63,992 nt of DNA from an uncultured virus (IMG/VR IMGVR_UViG_2061766007_000208). Lineage: Duplodnaviria; Heunggongvirae; Uroviricota; Caudoviricetes. The stretch lies in the IMG/VR virus record IMGVR_UViG_2061766007_000208; one strand, 5' to 3'. Made by a program: the position numbers and the translations under genes. The notes under the pieces are model-generated. The model did not search any database. It worked only from the letters and a program-made list of their open reading frames with translations, and was not told the origin of the DNA. Shown piece by piece: positions 1 to 11,817 of this stretch; the stretch's first letter is position 1; each line of letters opens with the position of its first letter.

Positions 1-2547
1 TAACAGTTACTCTACTCAGCGGTGTACAAGCACCGGGGCATCCTCCTCAAATGGGACTTACGCAAAGAGCACGGTGAACTTCTCCTATTGGTCCTGCAGC
101 GGAAAAAATACGATCACGACCGCTGTTGCGTACAAGAAATCCTCTGATGCTTCTTACACAAGCGCTGGTGTCACCTTTAGCAGTGGGACACAGTTCATCT
201 TCGGCGGTGGGAACCTGAGCGTCGATTATTCCTACGATATCCGATTCACGCTGACGGACGCCTTCGGAACGGTCACGGTCGTGGACAGCCTGTCCACAGC
301 CTCTGTGCTTATGGACTTCAAGGCAGGAGGCACCGGACTGGCCGTGGGCAAGGTATCCGAAACCGACAGCTGCTTTGAGGTATCCGAGGATTGGGATGTG
401 AAAGTCTACGGTATGCTTCTGGCGGAGTACATCCGCGCACAGACCGCGGGAGGCATCGCTCTCGGCACCTGTGAAACCGCTGCGGATGACGGGGATAAGA
501 TTGCTACTGTCCCGGGGAACTTTGAACTGAAGACCGGCGCGGTGGTGGCAATTAAGTTCACCAACCACAACACGGTACAGCAGGTCAAAATGAACGTCAA
601 CGGAACTGGGCTGAAATACATTGTCACTTACAACAACTATCTTCCCGTGACGTACGCCTGGAAGCCGTTGCAGACGGTGCTCTTTATTTACGATGGCACG
701 TATTTTGTAGCCTTTACACTTAACACAGCCACTACCGCCTATTATGGCTTGACCCGGTTGACGAGCAGCACCTCGTCTACCAGCACGGCGCTGGCGGCAA
801 CAGCANNNNNNNNNNTTCCACTGCCTCCGTGCTGATGGACTTCAAAGCCGGAGGCACTGGACTGGCCGTGGGCAAGGTCTCGGAGACGGACAGTTGCTTC
901 GAGGTTTCCGAGGATTGGGACGTGAAGGTCTATGGGATGCTTCTGGCTGAGTATATCCAGTCTCTGGCCTCGGGCGGNNNNNNNNNNGGATGCTGTTGCC
1001 GCCAGCGCCGTACTGGTAGAAGATGTGCTGCTGGTGAGTCGCGTAATTCCGTAATATGTGGTCGTGGCGGTATTAAGCGTAAAGGCAACAAAGTATGTGC
1101 CATCGTAAATAAACAGCACCGTCTGCATCGGCTTCCATGCGTATGTCGCTGGGAGATAGTTGTTATAGGCGACGATATATTTTAGGCCGGTGCCGTTGAC
1201 ATTCATTTTTACCTGCTGCACCGTGTTGTGATTGGNNNNNNNNNNACGGTGGTAGCAATCAAGTTCACCAACCATAACACAGTGCAGCAGGTGAAAATGA
1301 ATGTCAACGGTACTGGCCTGAAGTACATCGTCGCCTACAACAACTACCTTCCTGCGACATACGCATGGAAGCCGCTACAAACCGTGCTGTTCATTTATGA
1401 TGGCACGTACTTTGTTGCCTTTACGCTTAACACCGCAACAACCACCTATTATGGATTGACTCGGCTGACAAGCAGCACCTCGTCTACCAGCACGGCGCTG
1501 GCGGCAACAGCATCCGCGGTNNNNNNNNNNCAATGCGACCGGAACAATCGCGACAAAGACGACATCCACCTCTGTTTCTTGGACGCCGCCCACATCCCTG
1601 GCATCGCAGATCCCCAACAGCACCAGCGGTACCTGTACGCTGACCTGCTATACCTACAACGGTAACTCGCTGGTCGGAACGAGTACGACCACGGTCACAC
1701 TTTCTGTACCGGCCAGCATCAAGCCTACGATTACTGGCATCACAGCAACCCGGGTTGATGGAACTGTGCCATCAAGCTGGGGCATTTACGTGCAGACGAA
1801 AAGCAAGGTAACGCTGACGATCACCGGAGCTGCCGGTGCCGGAGGCTCCACCATTAGTTCCTACAGCATCACGGGCGGTGGGCTTTCCTATACGCAATCC
1901 TCTGTGACGACCGGCTTCNNNNNNNNNNNNNNNNNNNNNNNNNNNNNNNNNNNNNNNNNNNNNNNNNNNNNNNNNNNNNNNACGTGGTGGCTTATGCCGC
2001 TCCGCGCTTCAATAGCTACTCTACGCAGCGATGCACAAGTGCCGGGGCCTCATCCTCGAACGGTACATACGCCAAGAGCACGGTCGGTTTTTCCTACTGG
2101 TCCTGTAGCGGGAAGAATACGATCACGACCGCTGTGGCATATAAGAAATCCTCCGAATCGTCTTACACAAATGCAGGCGTCACCTTTACCAGTGGGACGC
2201 AGTTCATCTTCGGAGGCGGCAATCTGAGCGTCGACTACTCCTACGACATCCGCTTCACACTGACTGACGCTTTTGGAACAGTAACGGTCGTGGACAGCCT
2301 GTCCACCGCATCCGTGTTGATGGACTTCAAAGCTGGAGGCACTGGACTGGCCGTAGGCAAGGTTTCGGAGACGGACAGTTGCTTTGAGGTTTCCGAGGAT
2401 TGGGACGTGAAAGTCTATGGGATGCTTCTGGCTGAGTATATCCAGTCTCTGGCCTCGGGCGGCATTGCATTCGGAACCTGTGAAACCGCCGCGGATGATG
2501 GAGATAAGATTGCTACTGTCTCAGGCAATTTTGAACTGAAAGCAGGC
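1..2547 (+). CDS. Phage tail fibre / minor structural protein (DUF859-like), several overlapping allelic fragments
   Basis: Ser/Thr/Gly-rich beta-type protein (YDIRFTLTDAFGT, LMDFKAGGTGLAVGK, KFTNHNT...NVNGTG, YGLTRLTSSTSSTSTALAATA) upstream of the holin/lysin genes. Fragments lie at 1-805, 816-977, 988-1235 (inverted), 1246-1520, 1531-1918 and 1982-2547. Confidence 0.75.
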
Positions 2548-2568
2548 NNNNNNNNNNAAGGAGGGCTT

Positions 2569-3130
2569 ATGAAAGTAACTTTTGATGAAAACGGCTACGT
2601 CAACGGCTGGTGCATGNNNNNNNNNNNNNNNNNNNNNNNNNNNNNTAGCACCTGCTATCTGGTGTACAAGGGCCGGAACAGTTCCGGACAGATAGTNNNN
2701 NNNNNNTGCTATAAGCTCTTCGAAGGAAAGCTGGTGCGAGACACAGAAAAAGAGAAAGCCGACCAGTTGGAGGAACAGAAATCTTCTCTTCGGGTTCGCC
2801 GGGAGAAGGAATGCTTCTCCGTCGTGAATCGGGGGTGGATCTGGTANNNNNNNNNNAAAGCTGGTGCGGGACACAGAAAAAGAGAAAACTGACCAGTTGG
2901 AAGAGCAGAAATCTTCTCTTCGGGATCTCCGGGAGAAGGAATGCTTCTCCGTCGTGAATCGGGGGTGGATCTGGTATTCTACCCTGACGCTCAGCCAGTG
3001 GCGAGAACTTCGGAATTGGTATATCGCATGGCTGAAAGTGACGGAAACCATGACTCCTCCCGAGCGCCCGTCATGGGTTGATGACATAGACACTTCCCGC
3101 ATCCCGCTTACTCTCGGTGGCTTATTCTAA
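2569..3130 (+). CDS. Small tail-associated phage protein (fragmented by gaps)
   Basis: GGAGGG RBS and ATG at 2569 (MKVTFDENGYV...). C-terminus ...WRELRNWYIAWLKVTETMTPPERPSWV, like tail-fibre assembly-type proteins. Confidence 0.5.
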
Positions 3131-3141
3131 GGAGGCGCACT

Positions 3142-3477
3142 ATGGTTACGATCAATGGAACGAGCATCTCCGTCACACGCGGGGATACACTCGACATTAC
3201 CATCGAAATTCTATATCCGGATGGTACCCCTTATACGGTTCTGGCCGGAGACGTTATCCGCTTTGCTCTCAAGCAGAGATACACGGACGCGGAGCCACTC
3301 ATCTGCAAGGAGATCCCGCATAATGGGATGAACCTGCGGTTGGAGGCCGAAGAGACAAAGACGCTCAAGGCAGGCGGCGCTCCGTATGTTTATGACATTC
3401 AGATCACGATGGAGGGAGGCACGGTCTGCACTTTTATTGATCGAGCCAAGTTCACCGTGACGGAGGAGGTGGACTGA
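3142..3477 (+). CDS. Phage structural protein, BppU N-terminal-like
   Basis: ORF of 111 aa with AAGGAGG RBS; TRGDT...YVYDIQIT...KFTVTEEV pattern. Confidence 0.5.
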   Translation: MVTINGTSISVTRGDTLDITIEILYPDGTPYTVLAGDVIRFALKQRYTDAEPLICKEIPHNGMNLRLEAEETKTLKAGGAPYVYDIQITMEGGTVCTFIDRAKFTVTEEVD

Positions 3478-4031
3478 TGGACGGGAAACTGATCGGGCGG
3501 CTTTCGCCTGGTATCCACCTCACGTGCAGGCTCTCTGTCACTCCGAGGGATGGACCTGCTCCGGTGTTCATAGAAAAAACCGTCACTGAGAACGGAACAT
3601 ACCGCGCTGTCGATGAAGAGGCTGACGGCTACTCCGAATTCACCGCCGACATCCATATCGGGCTGATCAAACCTCACTTCTTTGATCTGTCCGGCGGTTA
3701 TGTCCAAAACGGCGTCTGGACGATTGGAAGTGATACGGTCTGCTACTCCGACGTTTATCGGGTGACCGCGAGCCAGAAATATTTTATCTCTCTGGGCGGC
3801 GTAGTCGGGACCAGATTCCGAGCAATGTTTTCTGCTCAGGATACATCCATAGCGGTAGAGCGGGTTACCGGAAAAACCATTATTAACGTCAGCAACCCAA
3901 CCCCATATGCCTATGTTATATTCACACCCGAATCTGATGGCTTCATTACCATCTCCAAGGATAACGCCGGGACAGCAAATCTGAAAACCTATGTATTCCA
4001 TCTCGTTGACCTGATCGACGGGAACAACTAA
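3477..4031 (+). CDS. Hypothetical phage tail-region protein
   Basis: ORF of 184 aa, translationally coupled to the previous gene (TGATG overlap). Confidence 0.55.
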   Translation: MDGKLIGRLSPGIHLTCRLSVTPRDGPAPVFIEKTVTENGTYRAVDEEADGYSEFTADIHIGLIKPHFFDLSGGYVQNGVWTIGSDTVCYSDVYRVTASQKYFISLGGVVGTRFRAMFSAQDTSIAVERVTGKTIINVSNPTPYAYVIFTPESDGFITISKDNAGTANLKTYVFHLVDLIDGNN

Positions 4032-4078
4032 TCACGGAGAGTCGCTGCGGCGGCTCATTTTTTATTAGGAGGATAATC

Positions 4079-4507
4079 ATGAAGGAATTCTGGAATGTAA
4101 TTCAGCTCGTTTTTGCTGCGGTCGGCGGCTGGCTTGGGTACTTTCTCGGGGGCTGTGATGGTCTCCTGTACACGCTGCTGGCATTCGTGGTTCTCGATTA
4201 TGCGACCGGTGTAATGGCCGCGATTGCTGACCACAAGCTCTCGTCCGCTATCGGCTTTCGGGGCATTTTCCGCAAGGTGCTCATCTTCGCGCTTGTCGGC
4301 GTCGGCCATCTGCTGGATGTACAGGTGCTCGGCAGCATCGGTGTGCTCCGCACAGCGGTGATCTTCTTCTACCTGTCCAATGAAGGTGTTTCCCTGATCG
4401 AGAACGCCGCGCATCTTGGCCTGCCCATCCCTGAGAAACTGAAGGCCGTGCTTGAGCAGCTTCATGACCGGGCGGAGAAGGAGGACGATCATGAGCAAAC
4501 CGAGTGA
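4079..4507 (+). CDS. Phage holin (toxin secretion/phage lysis holin family)
   Basis: Hydrophobic 142-aa protein with GGWLGYFLGG, DYATG and NEGVSLIENAAHLGLPIP motifs. Confidence 0.92.
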   Translation: MKEFWNVIQLVFAAVGGWLGYFLGGCDGLLYTLLAFVVLDYATGVMAAIADHKLSSAIGFRGIFRKVLIFALVGVGHLLDVQVLGSIGVLRTAVIFFYLSNEGVSLIENAAHLGLPIPEKLKAVLEQLHDRAEKEDDHEQTE

Positions 4508-5625
4508 TATCGTTACCATCGCGCTGGCGGAGGTCGGATACCGGGAGAAGGCGTCCAACACCTCTCTTGATGACAAGACCGCCAATGCCGGTGCCGCCAA
4601 CTGGACCAAGTATGCCCGCGACCTCGCTGCCGCGGGCTATTACAACGGAAACAAGAATGGCTATGCCTGGTGTGATGTGTTCGTGGACTGGTGCTTTTAC
4701 AAAGCCTACGGAGCGGTCGAGGGCCAGCGCATCCAGTGTCAGACAGGTCCGCTCGGGGCCGGGTGCATCTTTTCTGCTCAGTACTATCAGCAGAANNNNN
4801 NNNNNTGGCCTGCCTATTCCGGAGAAACTGAAAGCCGTGCTTGAGCAGCTTCATAACCGGGCGGAGAAGGAGGACGATCATGAGCAAACCGAGTGATATC
4901 GTCACCATCGCGCTGGCGGAGGTCGGATACCGGGAGAAGGCATCCAATGCCAATCTGGACGATAAAACTGCCAATTCCGGTGCTGCCAACTGGACCAAGT
5001 ATGCCCGCGACCTNNNNNNNNNNAGCGTCCAACGCCTCTCTTGATGACAAGACCGCCAATGCCGGTGCCGCCAACTGGACCAAGNNNNNNNNNNACGCCG
5101 GTGACTCCTCCGGCAGAGGAAACTCCCGCGACCGTTACCTGTCAGGTCGATCTGCCGCAGCTGAAGAACGGCGCGGAAGGCACCGCGGTGAAGAACGCGC
5201 AGATCCTGCTCATCGACAAGGGCTACTATTGTGGCGGTCCTCTCCGGGCAGGGCGCGAGACTGCCGATGGTGAATTCGGCCCCACAACGGAGAAGTCCGT
5301 GAAGAGCTTCCAGACCAAGAGGAATCTGACTGCTGATGGAATCATNNNNNNNNNNGGCCGGGTGCATCTTCTCAGCACAGTACTACCAGCAGAGAGGGCG
5401 GTATAACCGCGACCCGAAGGTCGGCGATCAGGTATTCTTCCAGTCCGGTGGGGAGATCGGCCACACCGGCATTGTGGTCGAGGTGACCGACTCCACTATT
5501 GTCACCGTCGAGGGCAACAGCTCCGATCAGGTGAAGAAGAACACCTACAACCGCTCNNNNNNNNNNGCCGTTCCAACAGCTATATTGCCGGGTACGGGCA
5601 CCCGCTGTATGGCGAGTCCGATCCC
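4491..5625 (+). CDS. Endolysin: CHAP domain plus C-terminal peptidoglycan-binding domain (fragmented)
   Basis: AWCDVFVDWC (catalytic Cys), GHTGIV...TVEGN (His) and ADGEFGPTTEKSVKSFQ...LTADGI (PG_binding_1-like) spread over several contigs. Confidence 0.85.
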
Positions 5626-5637
5626 ANNNNNNNNNNG

Positions 5638-6617
5638 GAAGGCAAAGACTGATACCAGTAGGCGACACTTGTATAGTCATCGTACCGTGGACCGGTCCAA
5701 CCCATGTTGTCGATCGTCATACGAAACGATCTGCTGAAGTGGATCGGATCCGGAACATGAAAACGATAAAGAAGAAATCTTTGCTGGCCGTTATAGAACT
5801 CCCGGTTATCTCCCAGAATGGCGAAGAGTCCGCTGTAATGGCCGCTAAATGTCTGATACTGCTTAATATGGATATCATTTCCAAAACCGTATGATCCGGT
5901 GAAATAATCTTCCGTCCCGGTATAATGGATGGAAGGATAAATGTCATCGTCGATATACATACGTGCTTCACCTTCTACCCAACAGGTATTGTTCCCATTC
6001 ATACCTGCAGCAAGCGTTACACCAAGAAATTGTCCCTTCCCCTGAATACCGTCAATGACCGTATAACTGCGGCCTTTCTGCACGGGATGCTCCTGCCTGT
6101 AGGAGGCGTGGAAATAGGCAATATTCTCAGGCATTTCTCTGGTGCAACCGGTGATCATATAATAAAGATCTTCAGGTTTGCCGCTTCGATTTTCCATCGT
6201 GATCCGGCAGTGTGTTTGAAAGGGCATTTCAAAAAAACAGTTGTATCCGCGTCCAGGCGCTACCAGCATAACAGCGGAATTCAAGACAGGATAATTACCA
6301 TCACGATCAACAAAGTTTTCATCATAGGCACAGCCGAAAAAGGCGGAAAGAGGCACTTCAACGGAGGGATAGTTCTGGTTGTCCCAATAAATTCGAAGAA
6401 TAAAGCTATGCCCTACATATCCGGTGAACCACATGTTCTGGATGATACCCGAACCGTCGACATCGACAAGCGTGACCGTCTCTCCTGGCGGGATCGTTAC
6501 AGTAGGGGACAGTTTCGTGCAGTCTCCGCCCTGCGAACCGCCGGAACGGGTTCCGGTGGGGTTCTCAGCGGAAAAAGCAAAAGACAGGTCATTTGAAAGA
6601 AAAGCATACGGTTTCAT
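5638..6617 (-). CDS. DUF2961 / glycoside hydrolase family 172 protein (probably a host gene)
   Basis: SAENPTG, LRIYWD, WVEGE, TGTEDYF, YRFHVPDPI and SVAYWYQ motifs. It sits on its own gap-bounded contig. Confidence 0.8.
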
Positions 6618-6759
6618 TCCAAGCCTCCATCAATCTTTGGTGCATCACGAAGCAACGTGTGACGTTTTTTAGTTTTAGTGCAGCTCCTGATATCTTCTTA
6701 TCATATCTCCGCTTGTGCGAAACCCTGATAGTTGTTCTGCCATCGACANNNNNNNNNNT

Positions 6760-6923
6760 CCCGCACTGACGGTCTTAGCGACTGATTCGCCATCAACAGA
6801 CCAACGCAGTGTTGTCTCAGCCGTTGTCGTGATAACCGGGACAACGGGCATGTAGTCATTGGCAAGGATGACAGTCCCACTGCCCGTGACGCGCACGATA
6901 GTCTCTTCCGTATGATAGAGAAA
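6760..6923 (-). CDS. Distal tail protein fragment
   Basis: FLYHTEETIVRVTGSGTVILANDYMPVVPVITTTAETTL; position in the tail module. Confidence 0.35.
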
Positions 6924-6986
6924 NNNNNNNNNNTTTGAACGGCTGTAGCATACCATAAATCCTATGAAAATGCTACAGCCATTCTT

Positions 6987-7537
6987 TCAGAAGGAGTCGA
7001 AATCTCGCTGACCGGCTGTTCTCACAGTGTCCTTCTCGCCGTATTTATAATCGTCGTTGCCTTTTTCCGTCCAGATATCCAGAACCATACCGATGGTCAG
7101 GAGATCGAGATCCGTCATGGACAGCCCGATCTCCAGGCATCGGAGCAGGAAAAGCGGCGTCGTTATCTCCCGGGCGCTGGGACTGCGTTTTTTTTAGACT
7201 CGATGTCCGTCACCAGATTCGCGCCCCAGAGCTCAAGGATCTCCGGGAGCACCTGATAGATCGAAAACATCTCAAATTCGTCGAGCCACTCCTCAATCGT
7301 GCCGGGGATGGTGGGATCGGCATGGAAAGCCATGATGTAGGCCACGTTCTCAAAAATCTCCAGATCCTCGATCTGCAGCTCTTCACCGTCATCGGCTTTG
7401 CCCTTGTACGATGCCTCCAGCTTGGACAGGTCCTTGAAAATGTCCCGTTTGAACTTGATGCGATAGAGGCGAGGAATTGCGGCGGAGGAGCGGAACCGCA
7501 CCTCCTTGCCGCTGACCAGTACAGTTTTTTCCTGCAT
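6987..7537 (-). CDS. Tail assembly chaperone G (7163-7537) with -1 frameshift extension GT ending at 6987
   Basis: Follows the major tail gene. Slippery A-AAA-AAC at 7187-7193. The -1 frame is open: KRSPSAREITTPLFLLRCLEIGLSMTDLDLLTIGMVLDIWTEKGNDDYKY...DFDSF*. Confidence 0.85.
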
Positions 7538-7540
7538 GGC

Positions 7541-8991
7541 TTATTCCTCCGTCGTCTCTTCCTCGGTCTCAGCCGCGGCGGGAACATACACGGACTCGTA
7601 CCAGCCGTCATAGACTTCAGCGTCCGTGGTATCGCCGGTGCGGCTCTTGACCAGACCGTCTTCGCGGGGGTCAGCGGTCAGGTTCAGCGTTTCCGTTCTG
7701 GGCTCGATCGTCTCCTCNNNNNNNNNNTTTGTACGATGCTTCAAGCTTGGACAGGTCCTTGAAAATGTCCCGTTTGAACTTGATGCGATAGAGGCGAGGA
7801 ATCGCGGCGGAGGAGCGGAACCGCACCTCCTTGCCGCTCACCAGTACAGTTTTCTCCTGCATGGCTTATTCCTCCGTCGTCTCTTCCGCAGGCTCAGCAG
7901 CGGCGGGAACATACACGGACTCGTACCAGCCGTCATAAACTTCAGCGTCCGTGGTGTCACCGGTGCGGCTCTTGACCAGACCGTCTTCACGGGGGTCAGC
8001 GGTCAGGTTCAGCGTCTCCGTCCTCGGCTCGATCGTCTCCTCNNNNNNNNNNACCGGTGCGGCTCTTTACCAGACCGTCTTCACGAGGATCGGCGGTCAG
8101 GTTCAGCGTTTCCGTTCTGGGCTCGATCGTTTCCTCCTTGGTCTGAGACTCAATGCTCGGACGGGAGGCAGCGCAGTTGTACAGCACATGACGGATGCCG
8201 TGCTCGTCACCATCGAACTCGAACAGCAGCGCAAACTTCACGCTCTCGGTATTGTCGGCCCTTTCGACCAGCACACCGTTGCTNNNNNNNNNNATACAGC
8301 ACATGCCGGATGCCGTGCTCGTCGCCATCAAACTCGAAAAGCAGCGCGAACTTCACGCTCTCGGTATTGTCAGCCCTTTCGACCAGCACACCATTGTTGT
8401 CCAGAAGCTCCTTCAGGATCTCCGTGCGGAACCACTCCGGGATGAGCGCGATCTCCAGATCGCCGCTATAGCCGTTGTTGGCATAGGTGCGGAAATACAC
8501 AATGCCATCGGCGTAGAACGGAGAGCTGTCGCCCTCGGCATCCAGAGACAGACTGACCGCACCGGGGATAGCCAGGGGCGTCGCATAGGAATACGTGGTC
8601 ACGCCTTCCACGACCTCGGTCGTGAGCTTNNNNNNNNNNGCGGATGCCATGCTCATCGCCATCGAACTCAAACAGCAGCGCGAACTTCACGCTCTCGGTA
8701 TTGTCGGCTCTTTCGACCAGCACACCGTTGCTGTCCAGAAGCTCTTTCAGGATCTCCGTNNNNNNNNNNCTCCAGATCACCGGAATAGCCGTTGTTGGCA
8801 TAGGTACGGAAATACACAATGCCGTCAGCATAGAACGGCGAGGAATCACCCTCGGCATCCAGAGACAGGCTGACCGCGCCGGGGATGGCCTTGGGCGTTG
8901 CATAGGAATAGTTGGTCACGCCATCCACGACCTCGGTCGTGAGCTTCGCGGCGTGAACGTTTTTCAGGTTGTATTTCACCTTATTGCTCAT
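7541..8991 (-). CDS. Major tail protein (phi13 family), several allelic fragments
   Basis: [64 protein letters not shown] and [12 protein letters not shown]. Confidence 0.88.
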
Positions 8992-9008
8992 TGGTTTTTA
9001 CCTCCAAC

Positions 9009-10542
9009 TCAAATGAATAAAAGGACTTCGTAGAGCCGTTCGCTCTCGATCCAGACCTCGGTCTTTTCAAAGAAAATGCCGCGCCTGTCCAGCACGGCCT
9101 CGACGCGGGATTCGATCCCCGGATTCTTTTCATCGGTGTACAGTTCTATGTGGACTGTATCGACCTTGAAATACGCCCACCCGTCAGCAGCAAAGTTATC
9201 GCTGCCGGGGCAGAGAAAACAGATGAAAGGCGGCTCCGGGGACTCGCCCTCGGCGAAATGGTCGTAGGCATACGGAATGCCGATCTCCTCCATGATGCTT
9301 ATGAGATTATCCATGACGCAGCGTCCTCCCGATTTCTTCTTCCAGTTCCTCAATACCGTCCTGCTCGGCAGGNNNNNNNNNNCCGAAGTGTCCTCCCGAT
9401 TTCTTCTTCCAGTTCCTCAATACCGTCCTGCTCGGCAGGCGCGATGTGCACTTTTGCAGCAACCCGGCCGCCGTTACGCATGGCGTGCCCGTGCTCCAGC
9501 AGATGCGCCAGCATATACCGTGTCGGGGAATACACAGTAATCTCCAGTGCTGAGGAGCTTTCCTTCGTGGTTTTGGTCCGCCAGCTTTTGGCGTAACGGC
9601 CAGTCCGCTCCGGAGCTCCCGCTGTGATCTCTTTTTTCACAGTGTTTGCAGCCTTCTTCACAGCAGCCTTCACGCCATCGGCCGTGGTATCCGCATAATT
9701 GTCCAGTTCCTGCATGACCGCATCGGCGAGACCGTCGATACTTACCCTGCGTCCCATAAGGATCACCTCTCGGAAAGCTCGGTGTGGATTTTCCGGCTGC
9801 TGTGCCGGAAACCCATCTCATCGATGCTCAGGATGTTGTAAACCCGGTCGCCAATGAGAACGCGAAATTGCTTTGAATTGACGACGGCGGTCTCGGAAGA
9901 CCAACGGACCGTCAGATCCAGCCTATCCGCTTCAACGGTATGCCCGGCGGACTCTTCCTCTTTGGTGGAAAGCCCGCTGGTCACAGCCGTAGCCCAGCAG
10001 GAGAAGTAATCCTGCCAGACGGATTTGTGATTCCCGTACTGATCCGTCACAGTCTCGTTTTTCTGTATGGTAATCCGTACCCGCAGTCCAGCGATGTTCA
10101 TCACACCACCCCTTCTCGGAGACCGAAAAGCAGAGACCGCAGCGTCAGAGTCAGGCCATGATGATCGGCTTCTTCGCGGTGCTCGAACAGGTAGCCGAGC
10201 GCATAAAGGATCGCCACCCGCATGGTTTCCCTGACAGAAGCAAGGGCGGCGTCATCCGTATCGGAATCAACCGCCGCCCATTGTTCATCGGTAAGTCTTG
10301 CTACATCAGCGCAGAGCCTTCCGGCCGAGGACAGGAGGATGGCGATNNNNNNNNNNATAGCCGAGCGCATAAAGGATCGCCACCCTCATGGTTTCCCGGG
10401 TGGGAGCAAGGGCGGCGTCCTCGTTATCATTGTTCACCGCGGCCCACTGTTCATCAGTGAGCCGGGCCACATCGGCGCAGAGCCTTCCGGCAGAGGACAG
10501 GAGGATGGCGATCATGGCGTCCTCATCCTCCGTATCCACCCG
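9009..10542 (-). CDS. Head-tail joining module, allele set A: tail terminator-like (9009-9314), HK97 gp10-like (~9311-9757), head closure (9763-10101), gp6-like connector (10101-10542, fragmented)
   Basis: AYDHFAEGESPEPPF; HLLEHGHA...GGRV; RITIQKN...D.YGNH; YLFEHREEADH...LRSLLFG. Confidence 0.85.
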
Positions 10543-10552
10543 NNNNNNNNNN

Positions 10553-11805
10553 TTCGGTCTTTTCAAAGAAAATGCCGCGCCGGTCCAGTACGGACTCAAC
10601 GCGGGATTCGGTTTCCGGGTCCTTCATATCGGTGTAAAGCTCGATGTGGACCTTATCTACCTTGAAATACGCCCAACCGTCTGCGGCGAAGTTATCGCTA
10701 CCGGGGCAGAGAAAGCAGATGAACGGCGGTTCCGGCGATTCTCCCTCGGCAAAATGGTCATAAGCGAAGGGAATGCCGATTGCCTCCATAATGCTGATAA
10801 GATCATCCATTCCGGATACTCCTTTCTATCTCCCGCTCCAGTTCCTCGATGCCATCCTGCTCAGCTGCGGCAATATGGGGACGTGCAGCAACACGCCCGC
10901 CACCACGTTTTGCATGACCGTGTTCCAGTAAATGAGCCAGCATGTACCTCGTCGGGGAATAGACCGTAATCTCCAGTGCGGAGGAGCTCTCTTTCGTGGT
11001 TTTGGTACGCCAGCTCTTTGCGTACTTTCCAGATCTCACAGGGGCACCGGCGGAGATCTCTTTCTTGACCGTATCTGCCGCCTTTTTCACCGCGGCTTTC
11101 ACTCCGTCAGTGGTGGTATCCGCATAATTGTCGAGCTCCTGCATGACGGTAGCTGCGAGCTGGTCAATTTGGACGCGCCTTCCCATTATCTGCTCTCTTT
11201 CCGACACAGGAGTTTTACCGCTTTGCGCTTGTAGTTCAGGTGGTTTACTCCGATGATGTTATAGACCTCATCTTGGAAAAGGACCCGGTAGCCGGTGGAG
11301 GAGATGACCGAAGACGCGCCAAACCAGCGGATCGTGAAATCCAAACGGCTGTCATCAACAGTCAGCCCTGCTTCTGTGTCTTCCTGCGGAGCCTCACCAC
11401 TGACAGTGGCATAGCAGGACAGGTACGGTTCCCACGTGTTTTTGTGGTTGCCGTACCTGTCTGTGCTCACGACGTTTTTCTGTATTTCGATCCTGACATT
11501 TAGAAGCGCGATGTTCATCAGAACGCCGCCTTCCTGACACCGAAGAGAAGGGAGCGGAGCGTCAGCGTGAGTTCATGATGATCCGCTTCCTCCCGGTGTT
11601 CGTAGAGATACGCAACCGCGTACAGGACACCGATGCGCAATTGATTTGCACCGGCAGAAAGCTCCTCAGTATTCTCCAGCCTGGCAACCGCCATGCAGAG
11701 TTCCTGCGCGGTAGTGAGCAGCTGTTCAAGCAGCGCGTCATCGTCATCGTATGTGACGCGGAGATACTGCTTTACCTCCGCAAGAGTTATCAGCATGGCG
11801 GTCAC
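10553..11805 (-). CDS. Head-tail joining module, allele set B: terminator-like (to 10810), gp10-like (10803-11207), head closure (11186-11518), gp6-like connector (11518-11805)
   Basis: Same four gene families as set A but diverged; contiguous with the capsid gene. Confidence 0.85.
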
Positions 11806-11817
11806 CTCCCGTTTTGA

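Noticed and set aside
1..2547. Repeated tail-fibre segments as a DGR template/variable repeat or a shufflon
   Set aside because: Differences are mostly synonymous and not adenine-specific, no reverse transcriptase or invertase is seen, and every copy is bounded by N-gaps. These are strain alleles.
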